Below are positions 1 through 9,916 of a stretch of DNA of 64,000 nt, in pieces. Below the pieces are notes generated by a model that was given only the letters and a program-made list of their open reading frames with translations, was not told the origin of the DNA and searched no databases. This DNA comes from an uncultured Veillonella sp. GTDB taxonomy: Bacteria; Bacillota; Negativicutes; Veillonellales; Veillonellaceae. The stretch lies in NCBI GenBank assembly GCA_902478055.1, contig CABSJL010000005.1, positions 9,896 to 73,895 of the forward strand, read 5' to 3'. The translations under genes were made by a program, and so were the position numbers. Within the stretch, counting starts at the first letter, position 1, and each line of letters opens with the position of its first letter.

Positions 1-1
1 A

Positions 2-18
2 TTGTGAGCGGTTAGATT
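2..18. promoter_or_regulatory. cre/LacI-family operator-like site
   Basis: TGTGAGCGGTTAGA fits cre consensus TGWNANCGNTNWCA except one base; about 250 bp upstream of PTS operon, at window edge. Confidence 0.3.
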
Positions 19-263
19 CTATAGAAATTATAATTGGAAATAGGATTGAGCTGATACTTAATATAAAATGCTTGAGTTAGTAAAAATTCAAAAATATGAT
101 TAAATATTTAATATAGGATATCCTACTATGTGTTAATAAATTCATCACTAAAATTGTTTGTTTTATTCTTTTTTATAGCCTTATTCCTATTTTGTTATAT
201 GAAAAAACTCACAGAATGGATATAATAAAAGTATGTACGTAAGTAAATTCAGGAGGTGTTAGC

Positions 264-728
264 TTGTTACAAGATTTACTATCTGAGGATAATGTATCCT
301 TTCATTATCCTGCAGAAACGTGGGAAGAGGTAATTCGTCACGGTGGCCAACTCATGGTTGATGCGGGTTTTACTGATCCATCTTATACGGAGGCTATGGT
401 AGAGGTAGTGCGTGAAATGGGACCCTATATTGTATTGGCACCAGGTCTTGCTATGCCACATGCTCGTCCGGAAAATGGGGCAAAACGTGTAGGTACTGCA
501 TTGGTAACCTTAGAAAAACCATTGAATTTTGGTAGTCCTGACAATGATCCTGTTTCTGTGGCGTTGTTTTTGTGTGCTCCGAACAAGGATGAACATATTC
601 AGTTGTTGACAGATATTGCTACATTATTTGAGGATGATGAGTTTTTAGATGCGGCCGCTGATTTTGAAAGTATTGAAGATGTACAAGCATTCTTGGCAGA
701 GCATTTAGAAGATCAAGAATACGTTTAG
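264..728 (+). CDS. ulaC: PTS EIIA component (Fru/Mtl/Asc type)
   Basis: GPYIVLAPGLAMPHARPE phospho-His motif; AGGAGG RBS; TTG start. Confidence 0.85.
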   Translation: MLQDLLSEDNVSFHYPAETWEEVIRHGGQLMVDAGFTDPSYTEAMVEVVREMGPYIVLAPGLAMPHARPENGAKRVGTALVTLEKPLNFGSPDNDPVSVALFLCAPNKDEHIQLLTDIATLFEDDEFLDAAADFESIEDVQAFLAEHLEDQEYV

Positions 729-740
729 TAGGAGGCAAGT

Positions 741-1016
741 ATGATTTCTGTATTAACTGTATGCGGTAATGGCATTGGTTCTAGCTTGATGCTAAAAATG
801 AAAATTGAAGAAATCTGTGCTGAAAATGGTATTGATGCACAAGTTGAATCTATTGATTTTAATGCCGCACAAGGTCGTAAGGCGGACCTTATTGTAACTG
901 TAAAAGAATTGGCTGAACAATTTGAAGACAAGAATGTCGCTATTGTTCGTAGCTATATTAATAAAAAGAAAATCACTGAAGATATTCTTGATGCATTAAA
1001 ACAAGCAGCTCAATAA
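741..1016 (+). CDS. ulaB: PTS EIIB component (L-ascorbate family)
   Basis: VCGNGIGSSLM phospho-Cys motif. Confidence 0.85.
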   Translation: MISVLTVCGNGIGSSLMLKMKIEEICAENGIDAQVESIDFNAAQGRKADLIVTVKELAEQFEDKNVAIVRSYINKKKITEDILDALKQAAQ

Positions 1017-1047
1017 TATGTAACAACTATATATAGGAGGTAGTGCC

Positions 1048-2415
1048 ATGGAAATGGTATTAGAGTTCTTACGTGATGTGCTGTCTCAACCAGCACTTTT
1101 GATTGGTATTATGTCATGTATTGGCTTAATTGCCTTGAAACGCCCGTTTCATAAGGTAATGACTGGTACATTGAAACCTATTCTTGGCTACTTAATGCTC
1201 GCAGCTGGCGCAGGTGTTATCGTTAATAACCTTGATCCACTAGGTAAGATGATTGAGCATGGCTTCCATATTACTGGTGTAGTACCAAACAACGAAGCTA
1301 TCGTGGCTGTAGCACAAAAGGTACTTGGTGTTGAAACGATGTCTATTCTCGTAGTAGGCTTATTGATGAACTTATGTATTGCTCGTTTCACGAAGTTCAA
1401 ATATGTGTTCTTAACAGGTCACCACAGCTTATTTATGGCTTGTCTTATGTCTGCCGTACTCGGTACAGCAGGTTTGTCCGGTATGGAACTCATTCTTGTA
1501 GGTGGTTTCTTGATGGGCGCTTGGTCTGCTATTTCTCCAGCAATTGGTCAAAGCTATACATCTAAGGTTACCGAAGGCGATGAAATTGCCATCGGTCACT
1601 TTGGTAGCTTAGGTTATTATTTATCCGCTTGGGTAGCTAAATATGTCGGTAAAGCAGACGATAGTACAGAAGACATTGAAATTCCAGAAAAATGGGGCTT
1701 CTTACGTGATTCTACATTATCTACAGCATTAACTATGATTGTATTCTACTTGATTGCAGCTTTTGCGGCTGGTTCTGAGTTTGTAGCTACTTTATCTGGT
1801 GATATGAGTCCTTACTTATATGCTGTTATGAGTGCAATGAACTTTGCTGTAGGTGTAACAATCGTATACTCCGGTGTACGTATGATCTTAGGTGATTTGA
1901 TTCCTGCATTCCAAGGTATTGCAACAAAAATTATCCCTAATGCCATCCCTGCAGTAGACTGTGCAGTATTCTTTACATATGCTCCAACAGCCGTAGTATT
2001 GGGTTTCATTAGCTCCTTTATCGGCGGTATCATCGGTATGCTCATCCTTGGCGCTGTAGGTGGTGTATTAATCATCCCTGGTCTTGTACCTCATTTCTTC
2101 TGCGGTGCAACAGCAGGTATCTATGGTAATGCTACAGGCGGCCGTCGTGGTGCTGCAGTAGGCGCATTCCTTAATGGTTTGGCTATTACTTTCTTGCCAG
2201 CATTGGCATTGCCAGTTCTTGGTCAATTAGGTTTCCAAAATACAACATTTGGTGATGCTGACTTTGCTGTAATGGGTCTTGTACTAGGTCATGCATTCGA
2301 ATGGATTGGCATGGCAGGTATCTATGGCATCGTAGCGATTGCAGCTCTTGTACTTATTATTCCAAACTTTATTAAAACAAAAGGTAAAGTTATTAACTAC
2401 GTAGAAGAGGAGTAA
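1048..2415 (+). CDS. ulaA: PTS EIIC permease, UlaA/SgaT ascorbate family
   Basis: FLTGHH, IGHFG, PAVDCAV and VPHFF motifs; multipass hydrophobic. Confidence 0.88.
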   Translation: MEMVLEFLRDVLSQPALLIGIMSCIGLIALKRPFHKVMTGTLKPILGYLMLAAGAGVIVNNLDPLGKMIEHGFHITGVVPNNEAIVAVAQKVLGVETMSILVVGLLMNLCIARFTKFKYVFLTGHHSLFMACLMSAVLGTAGLSGMELILVGGFLMGAWSAISPAIGQSYTSKVTEGDEIAIGHFGSLGYYLSAWVAKYVGKADDSTEDIEIPEKWGFLRDSTLSTALTMIVFYLIAAFAAGSEFVATLSGDMSPYLYAVMSAMNFAVGVTIVYSGVRMILGDLIPAFQGIATKIIPNAIPAVDCAVFFTYAPTAVVLGFISSFIGGIIGMLILGAVGGVLIIPGLVPHFFCGATAGIYGNATGGRRGAAVGAFLNGLAITFLPALALPVLGQLGFQNTTFGDADFAVMGLVLGHAFEWIGMAGIYGIVAIAALVLIIPNFIKTKGKVINYVEEE

Positions 2416-2810
2416 TGAAAACAACTGAGCAACATAGTAATGTTGTAATACGGTATATATTCCTTACTATAGGGGCTATAAGCTTTGCTCTTGGTACAGC
2501 GGGTATCGTATTACCACTATTGCCAACAGTACCTTTTTATATGCTTACTTTATTTTGTTTAGCTAGAGGATCTGAACGTTTTCATAAAATGTTCTTAGAA
2601 TCTAGTTTATATCAAAAGACTGTTGGTACTTATGAACGCGATAAAGCGTTAACGTTGCGGACAAAGTTGTCCATTCTCTTATCTGTGACTACAATAATGG
2701 CAATTGGTGCGTATTTCAGTCAAGATATGCCCATTGCACTTGGTGTTATGGCCTTTGTATGGATTAGTCATGTTATAGCATTAGTTTTTATTGTAAAAAC
2801 AAAAAAATAA
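2415..2810 (+). CDS. ybaN: YbaN/DUF454 inner membrane protein
   Basis: GIVLPLLPTVPF signature; TAATG overlap with EIIC stop. Confidence 0.85.
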   Translation: MKTTEQHSNVVIRYIFLTIGAISFALGTAGIVLPLLPTVPFYMLTLFCLARGSERFHKMFLESSLYQKTVGTYERDKALTLRTKLSILLSVTTIMAIGAYFSQDMPIALGVMAFVWISHVIALVFIVKTKK

Positions 2811-2837
2811 AGAATTAGTGCAGATTATTCTAAATAT

Positions 2838-2884
2838 GCCTCGTAAGTTAGACTACATTGGTTTAGCTTGCGAGGCTATTTTTG
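2838..2884 (+). terminator. Rho-independent terminator
   Basis: gcctcgtaagttagac...gtttagcttgcgaggc stem followed by T tract. Confidence 0.75.
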
Positions 2885-2933
2885 TTGTAAATTTATATTT
2901 TTAAAGAAAAAATGAATTATTACAAAATTTAAT

Positions 2934-2962
2934 TTGACAATGAATATCAATGAGTATACTAT
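2934..2962 (+). promoter_or_regulatory. sigma70 promoter overlapped by Fur box
   Basis: TTGACA-17-TACTAT; TGACAATGAATATCA (2935-2949) matches 12/14 of TGATAATnATTATCA. Confidence 0.65.
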
Positions 2963-3013
2963 GATAACTGTGTATATAGTAATTTATATAGTATTTGTGT
3001 ATATGGTGATAGT

Positions 3014-3904
3014 ATGAATCCACATAATCATGCAATTTCACGTGCAGGACTTACCATGTCGAGACATACGGTGTTTGACGGTATCGATTTATTATTTCTG
3101 GATGTGAAAGAAGAGTCGGTTCAATTTTATGCTAAATCACATACCAAGACATTTGCCATAAATCATTGTGAAGAGGGGCGCATCGAGTGTAAGTTTACAT
3201 CTGGGGAATATTTATATATGGGGCCAGGAGATATGTCATTAGGATGGCATACTCATGCTGACTACCAACATAAGAATTACTTCCCTACAAAACTTTTTAA
3301 GGGGATTGTATTACTCGTAGATGTTGAAAAAGCGCAACCAGTATTGGATTCTCTTGTTACTGAGTCACGTATTAATTTAACAACCTTAGCAGAACGATTT
3401 TGTGAGCATTCCGAGTACGGTATGATGATGGAAGAAACTGAATCGGTTAGACAGATTTTTTCTAGCTTATATAAAGTGCCTGATCAAATTAAAGGGCACT
3501 ATTTTAAATTAAAAGTTATTGAAATTTTCTTATTATTATCTATTATTTCTACAACTAATCATGAAAAGAGAAGCTCCTATCGTAAACAACAAGTAGATAT
3601 TGTAAAAGCTGTTAATGAATATATATCTACACAGTTTATGAAACGGATAACCATAGATTCCTTGTCTGACCAATTTGATATTCCTACATCAACATTAAAG
3701 CGTTGTTTTAAAGGGGTATATGGTACGACAATCCATCACTATTTAAAGGAATGTCGTATTAATGCAGCTAAGCACTTGCTTCAAGAGTCAGATCAATCTA
3801 TTTTAGAAATTGCTAATGCCGTAGGCTACGAGAATGGTAGTAAATTTACTAGTGCATTCAAAGAGGCCACAGGTGTAACGCCTAGTGCTTATCGTAAAGT
3901 ATAA
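3014..3904 (+). CDS. AraC-family transcriptional regulator (PchR/YbtA-like)
   Basis: C-terminal double HTH: LKRCFKGVYG...EIANAVGYENGSKFTSAFK. Confidence 0.9.
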   Translation: MNPHNHAISRAGLTMSRHTVFDGIDLLFLDVKEESVQFYAKSHTKTFAINHCEEGRIECKFTSGEYLYMGPGDMSLGWHTHADYQHKNYFPTKLFKGIVLLVDVEKAQPVLDSLVTESRINLTTLAERFCEHSEYGMMMEETESVRQIFSSLYKVPDQIKGHYFKLKVIEIFLLLSIISTTNHEKRSSYRKQQVDIVKAVNEYISTQFMKRITIDSLSDQFDIPTSTLKRCFKGVYGTTIHHYLKECRINAAKHLLQESDQSILEIANAVGYENGSKFTSAFKEATGVTPSAYRKV

Positions 3905-4076
3905 ATACCTTCAAACTAAACCAAGACATGCATTATAGTATTAGTAATATTTAAAATATAAGTGTTTAAGGTTTAGAACTAGTAGGTTATAAAAACTTAA
4001 TATTGTCCGAAATGTATATTTTTGGTCTTTTCGGAGTAGATATGCAAGATACACTTTGCTAACATTAAAATGTAAA

Positions 4077-4091
4077 TGATATTCAATGTCA
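4077..4091. promoter_or_regulatory. Fur box upstream of TonB-dependent receptor
   Basis: TGATATTCAATGTCA; its reverse complement differs by one base from the site at 2935-2949. Confidence 0.6.
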
Positions 4092-4173
4092 TTATATGTT
4101 GGTAGAGTGTATCTTTTTTATTTTGTGTATGAGATACAAAACATATGGTTAGTTAGAAATTGAGGAGGGCACA

Positions 4174-7100
4174 ATGAACCGGTGGGGACATGTAAAACGC
4201 AGCATTATTCTGTCTAGTGCAGTTGCTTTGTGGCTTAGTGCACCGCTTGTAGTGTGGGCGGGGAATGCGACTGTTACTACGGATGTTGTTCATGTCAAAG
4301 GAACATGGGCAGAAGAAGAAGCAAAATTGAACTCACAGCAAGTGCAAATCATTACTAAGAAAGAGATTGAAAAGAAACAGGCGAAGTCCGTCGAAGATAT
4401 TATATTTACTCAAACAGGTGTATCTAGAACCGTTGATGCTATGGGCCGTGTTGGTGTATCCATCCGCGGTGCCGAAGCGCGTCACACACTGATCCTTGTA
4501 GATGGTCAACCCGTACTCGGCGATTTTGATAAGTACTCTGGTGCAGCAGACGAAGTCCAACGTCTAGGTACAGAAAACGTTGAACGTATAGAAGTTATCC
4601 AAGGTGCTGCCAGTGCTAAATATGGCTCTGATGCTATAGGTGGTGTCGTTAATATCATCACCAAAAAAGCACAAAAGAAACCAACCTTACAATTGAATGC
4701 AGAAGGTATGCGCCGTAAAAGCGATGGTGATGCATTCCCGTACCAAAACTTCTTCATTCGTGCCGACTCTGGTCAAATGGGGAAATTAAAGGTCGGTTTA
4801 TCTGGTAGTAAACGTGATCTTATGCCTGTTTTAGCATCCGTTAAACGTCGTGACTCCGGTATGGCTTTTGATTATGCTAAGCATAACTTCAAACCAAATG
4901 TACTTCGTTACTATGGTGATGCGGCCGATATCGGTCTTGTAGCAACTTATGATGCAAACGATAAAAATAAATTTGAAATGCGTCTCAACCGTTATACAGA
5001 AGATCTTGTACGAGATGTTAAACACTCTGACTCCGACTTAGAGCCTCAACAACACTTTAAACGTACTGCAGATCGTAATACGGCAAACTTGCAATGGTCC
5101 TCTCGAGCTGGTAAAAGTGACTGGACGGTTGAAACTAACTACTCCCGCATCAAAGAAAATGACGTAGCCCTCATTAGTTATACTGGTCGTTCTGCTTATG
5201 AAGGCTCCAATGAGTTGCGCTATATCGATAATATCGATCACCGTCAATTAGACATTCGAGCTAATGCGAATACACAGCTCAATAAAAATCATCTGCTTAG
5301 TTACGGCGTGAGCTATGCTCGCGAAGAAGGTTCTGGTAGCCGTTTAAAGAGCTCTCCTAATACAAGCACTATGTACATCGATCCATGGGACTATGATAAG
5401 AGCTTGCTTGTAGATAAACTAGACCGTCTTGTAAGACGTAAAGGCGATAACAGTATTAAGGTATATTCTCACATCCACGACTACAAGTTCATCAATTCCG
5501 GTGGCGGTATGCCACAATGGGATATGGATTATGAATACTATGGCGCCGAAACAGATGCTCAAAAACCAGGCATTACATACGATGACTATATAAATTATGG
5601 TTTATCTGAAAGCCGATTAAGTGATTGGTCTAGTACATCCCCTAATAATCAACCTGTAACGGATGAGTTTAAAGCTCGTTATAAAGTTTTGGAAGATCGT
5701 TTAAAAGCAGAAAATCCTGTATTATCTGCTACACGTGCCAATATCGTAGGGGATTACTTTAAGTATGGCGAATCCAATGATCCGGAAATGCGTAAAAAAG
5801 CACCTAAGCTCAATGGTAAAGCCTTCTTAGAAGAATATCGTAGCCGTGATCAACGGTTAACAACTGGTAGCGGTACGATTCGAAAGTTAAATGCTTATGT
5901 TTCTGATACTTGGCAGGTGAATAAGAATTTAACCTTATCTCCAATTCTTCGCTTTGATAATAGTAGTCTATTTGGTTCTAATTTGTCTGCGTCCTTGGGG
6001 ATGACCTATAACGTAAAGGGCAATACACACCGTAGATTTAAAGCCAATGTTGGTACTGGTTATACAGAGCCTGGTATGGGTGAATTATGGTATAACTGGG
6101 AAATGTACGCTTCTAACCCTGTAGGGATTGGGGTAGCAAAACTCGGTTGGTACTGGGCGGGTAATCCTAATTTAAAACCTGAAAAATCAGTCAACTTTGA
6201 TATGAGCTTGGAAGGTGAAAATAAAAATACTTATGCGCGCGTAGGTGTATTCCACAACCGCATCAAGAACTATATGTCTGTGTACTTCACAGGGGACTTC
6301 ATGGACTTTGCGCCATACCTCAAAGGCGATGCGAAGTACCAACGGGCCCCAGATATGATTTACAGCTTTAAAAATATTGGTAAAGCAGAAATCACAGGTG
6401 TTCAAGCGGAAGTACAACAAAAGTTCGGCAAATATTGGTCTGGTAAGTTAGGTTATACATACTTGCATGCCATCAACAAGAGCGATCCAAGTATGCCTCG
6501 TCAATTGCTTGATAAACCAATGCACAAAGTTGACATCGGTATTACTTATGACAATCCTAAATCCGGTTGGAATGGTTCCATCTGGGGTGATTACTATATC
6601 AACATGCTTGATAGTAATACCCTTAACAATGGCGGTAACTACTGGCCAGATATCTTGTCTGGTGATGCAGGCGTTTATAATAAGCAAACTTATGAAAAGA
6701 AAACATTTGGCATTTGGAATGTAATGGTTCAAAAACGATTCAATAAAAATGCCATGATGTACTTTGGTATCAACAATATCTTTAATCATCGCGATGATGA
6801 TCGTGCTACACAAGAACGGGTATATCGTGTGGGCGTTAACCTTAAATTCGGTGGTGGTGATAGCAGCAAAACTACAGCAATCGGCAAATCCAAGGATGGC
6901 ACAACTGTTAATGCAGTAGGGGCCAATACACCTAATGGCGCTAATGGCGAAGTAGTAAATGCTGAATCTGGTGTACAAAATGTAGCAGATGTAGTTCGTT
7001 TAACTGACTTTATTCGTTCTGATTTTGATACCACAAAAGAACGTGGTGTTACATTAGTTGGCGATTACAGAGCGCGCTGGATGGCACATGACGGCTCTAA

Positions 7101-9261
7101 TAGACCACAATCTCCATTTAGAGCGAACTCTGCTATTGGTTCTGCCAAAGCAAATATGTACGATGCTAATCGTCATAGCTTTGAACAACGCTTACGACTT
7201 GGCTTTGATGCACGTCTTAATGAGTTTACAAACCTCAAAGTTATCGGCAGTGCGACTGGCATGAGTGGTGTAGATACAAGCTGGACTCAATCTGATTCTA
7301 AAGGCTTTAACCATCAACGAATCGATACCGTGGATCTCACAAGACGTGTAAAAAAATGGGACGTATCTGTGGGCCGCTTAACTGAGCCTATGGGTGCGAG
7401 TGGATATTGGTTCGGTCAATCCTATGACGGTGTTCGTGCCGTTTGGAATGGTCACGACTCTCAAGTTCGTATCGGTGTTGGTACTTTCAAACATAGTACA
7501 GGTATTACTGATTCTGCCTATACTCACGCAGTACATGAAGTTATTTACAGACCGCCAACAGCGGCTGAGTTAATCGGTATTAATCGCGATGAGTTCCCAT
7601 ACGATATTGAAAGTGCTACTAAAACCGGTTCAGATGGTGAGAAAAAATCTAGTGAAGATACAGCTGCACCAGATAGCCCTAATGGTATTTATGATTCTAC
7701 TTATAAAGGTAAGACAGATAGCATCTACTTCTATCAACAACTGAAAGACTTGCAAGCTGAATATGAAGCTTATAAAGAATCCTTGGATTTAAGCTGGAGT
7801 AATCCAAATCGCGATCAAGAGCTTGAAAAGGCAAATGCTAAGCTTGCGGAAACACAACAAAAACAAGCTCAAGTGATGAGCCGCTTACAAGATATTCTTA
7901 CAAAGGCATACCCTACAGATATGGCTGAGAAGAAATTCTCCCTCGATATTCCATCTGGTGGTTATGCAATGTATGAAATTACTAATAAGAATACAGGGGA
8001 AAAACTCTATAAGACCGGGGACATTATGTATAATGTGAACTCTTCTTTATACCCTGAATACTTAAAAGAAAAGGCTAAAGGTCTTATCATATCTACTGAT
8101 AATAAAGATGCTTTAGTAAATCCTAAAGCCTATGTTGAAAAACATAGTGACGAGATCAATCAATCTGTAGCAGAAATTGCTAAATATAATGCTACAGATA
8201 ACTGGAGCAACTATAACAATAGTGAGCTTGATGTGGTTTGGGTTAAACAGCCAGATGGCACTTACAAACAATCCTATGATTACTATGGACAACCATCTAG
8301 TGATTATGAGTTCACTGGATACTTAGGGGCTAAAACGTATAAATACGATAGTGGTAACTATGTATTTAGCGATTTTGATGCTAAGGATGCGATTTACAAA
8401 AAGAACTTTACAATGTCCTCCAATGATTGGGGTGAAGGTAGTTCTTACTATGGTTGGGGCATGCCAAATGCATTGTTCAATTATATGTATAATCTTGAAA
8501 AGGTTGTACATGATGCAGAGTCTGAAAACAAATTACCACGTGAAGCGATTGGTAAGATCATTGGTAACTTGATTCAAATAGAAGGTGTAGTTCTTGAAAA
8601 AGACAATGTACCAGCTATTGATAAAGCTGCCTTTATTCAATACAAGAAACAAATAGGCTCTCGTCTTGGTTTACAAGCGTGGTATTTACGCTCCTTTGGC
8701 GGTAAAACGCATACATACTTAAATGCAAATGGCAACGGTAATGACGAACATAGCTTCTCTAATGTAGCCCATGTATTTGGTATCGGCGCTAAATATCAAC
8801 TGGGTGCTAATGCATCTGTAACCGTTGATTACGGGCAAAATCGTTCTAACTTGGGCCGTTATTTAAATGGTAACACTGTATACCAACACGAACGTGGCAC
8901 AGCCGACTTTGCTCTTAAAGGTCATCAAATGGGTGGTACACCACACTTCTGGATGGCTCGTCTAGATATTGGGCGTGCTGATCTAGATGTTCCGAAATCT
9001 TGGAATGCGTTCATCGATTACAAATACTTTGAACATGGCTCCTTCTTTGGTGGCAATGGTACTGGCGCAGTACCGGATCGTTATCTCGACGGTATACGCA
9101 GCTTTACATTTGGTGCTGGCTATGTACCTCGCAAGGATTTACTTCTTGAGGCTTTCTACACATTCGATGCGAAGGGCACTAATAAACGAGATACTTTATA
9201 TGGTAGTGAAAGCTTTAAGTTAGGCGATTATACAAGAATTCAAGGGACCTACAGGTTCTAA
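4174..9261 (+). CDS. TonB-dependent outer membrane receptor with C-terminal second beta-barrel domain
   Basis: Signal peptide; plug motifs (ILVDGQP, VERIEVIQGAASAKYGSDAIGGVVNIITK); GNPNLKPE; barrel end RVYRVGVNLKF at about aa 892, then about 800 more aa ending YTRIQGTYRF. Confidence 0.88.
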   Translation: MNRWGHVKRSIILSSAVALWLSAPLVVWAGNATVTTDVVHVKGTWAEEEAKLNSQQVQIITKKEIEKKQAKSVEDIIFTQTGVSRTVDAMGRVGVSIRGAEARHTLILVDGQPVLGDFDKYSGAADEVQRLGTENVERIEVIQGAASAKYGSDAIGGVVNIITKKAQKKPTLQLNAEGMRRKSDGDAFPYQNFFIRADSGQMGKLKVGLSGSKRDLMPVLASVKRRDSGMAFDYAKHNFKPNVLRYYGDAADIGLVATYDANDKNKFEMRLNRYTEDLVRDVKHSDSDLEPQQHFKRTADRNTANLQWSSRAGKSDWTVETNYSRIKENDVALISYTGRSAYEGSNELRYIDNIDHRQLDIRANANTQLNKNHLLSYGVSYAREEGSGSRLKSSPNTSTMYIDPWDYDKSLLVDKLDRLVRRKGDNSIKVYSHIHDYKFINSGGGMPQWDMDYEYYGAETDAQKPGITYDDYINYGLSESRLSDWSSTSPNNQPVTDEFKARYKVLEDRLKAENPVLSATRANIVGDYFKYGESNDPEMRKKAPKLNGKAFLEEYRSRDQRLTTGSGTIRKLNAYVSDTWQVNKNLTLSPILRFDNSSLFGSNLSASLGMTYNVKGNTHRRFKANVGTGYTEPGMGELWYNWEMYASNPVGIGVAKLGWYWAGNPNLKPEKSVNFDMSLEGENKNTYARVGVFHNRIKNYMSVYFTGDFMDFAPYLKGDAKYQRAPDMIYSFKNIGKAEITGVQAEVQQKFGKYWSGKLGYTYLHAINKSDPSMPRQLLDKPMHKVDIGITYDNPKSGWNGSIWGDYYINMLDSNTLNNGGNYWPDILSGDAGVYNKQTYEKKTFGIWNVMVQKRFNKNAMMYFGINNIFNHRDDDRATQERVYRVGVNLKFGGGDSSKTTAIGKSKDGTTVNAVGANTPNGANGEVVNAESGVQNVADVVRLTDFIRSDFDTTKERGVTLVGDYRARWMAHDGSNRPQSPFRANSAIGSAKANMYDANRHSFEQRLRLGFDARLNEFTNLKVIGSATGMSGVDTSWTQSDSKGFNHQRIDTVDLTRRVKKWDVSVGRLTEPMGASGYWFGQSYDGVRAVWNGHDSQVRIGVGTFKHSTGITDSAYTHAVHEVIYRPPTAAELIGINRDEFPYDIESATKTGSDGEKKSSEDTAAPDSPNGIYDSTYKGKTDSIYFYQQLKDLQAEYEAYKESLDLSWSNPNRDQELEKANAKLAETQQKQAQVMSRLQDILTKAYPTDMAEKKFSLDIPSGGYAMYEITNKNTGEKLYKTGDIMYNVNSSLYPEYLKEKAKGLIISTDNKDALVNPKAYVEKHSDEINQSVAEIAKYNATDNWSNYNNSELDVVWVKQPDGTYKQSYDYYGQPSSDYEFTGYLGAKTYKYDSGNYVFSDFDAKDAIYKKNFTMSSNDWGEGSSYYGWGMPNALFNYMYNLEKVVHDAESENKLPREAIGKIIGNLIQIEGVVLEKDNVPAIDKAAFIQYKKQIGSRLGLQAWYLRSFGGKTHTYLNANGNGNDEHSFSNVAHVFGIGAKYQLGANASVTVDYGQNRSNLGRYLNGNTVYQHERGTADFALKGHQMGGTPHFWMARLDIGRADLDVPKSWNAFIDYKYFEHGSFFGGNGTGAVPDRYLDGIRSFTFGAGYVPRKDLLLEAFYTFDAKGTNKRDTLYGSESFKLGDYTRIQGTYRF

Positions 9262-9296
9262 TGTTCAGTCTGTAAACAGGCAGAAAGGTTACTAAT

Positions 9297-9914
9297 ATGG
9301 AAAACTTAAATTATGTCATTCACTTGTTTCATAGCGGCGGGTATGTAATGTATCCATTATTACTCTTGTCTTTTATGGTTATCGCTATCGCTACAGAACG
9401 AGCTTTCTACTATCGCAAATATGCCAGTAAAACTTTCGTTGTTACCCATGCAGTCAATGAACTAGCAAAATTACAAAATTGGGCAGAAATTGATAAAGTA
9501 ATCAAAGAAAACCCATCTATTGCGAGCCGTATTGCAGAAGCAGGTTTACATAATGCTTCTAGCGAGGAAGCTATGAAAACAGCCTTTGCTGACCAAATGG
9601 GTGTAGACGCAGTAGGCTTCCGTAAATATATGGACTACCTCAGTGCTACCGTTACAATCTCTCCATTATTGGGCCTATTAGGTACTGTAACAGGTATGAT
9701 CGGTTCTTTCAGTATCCTTGACTCCGGTGCGGGCGCATCTGCTATCACTGGTGGTGTAGGTGAGGCCCTCATCGCTACCGCGTCCGGTTTGTGTGTAGCC
9801 ATCATGGCATTTATTGTGTACACATTCTTTAGCCATCGTTTAGATTCTATTATTAATCAAATTGAAGGTATGTGCGTGAGCATCGTTAGTGCTAAGCGAG
9901 AAGGGTGGAAATGA
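9297..9914 (+). CDS. exbB: ExbB/MotA/TolQ proton channel
   Basis: SPLLGLLGTVTGMI and EALIATASGL motifs. Confidence 0.9.
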   Translation: MENLNYVIHLFHSGGYVMYPLLLLSFMVIAIATERAFYYRKYASKTFVVTHAVNELAKLQNWAEIDKVIKENPSIASRIAEAGLHNASSEEAMKTAFADQMGVDAVGFRKYMDYLSATVTISPLLGLLGTVTGMIGSFSILDSGAGASAITGGVGEALIATASGLCVAIMAFIVYTFFSHRLDSIINQIEGMCVSIVSAKREGWK

Positions 9915-9916
9915 TT

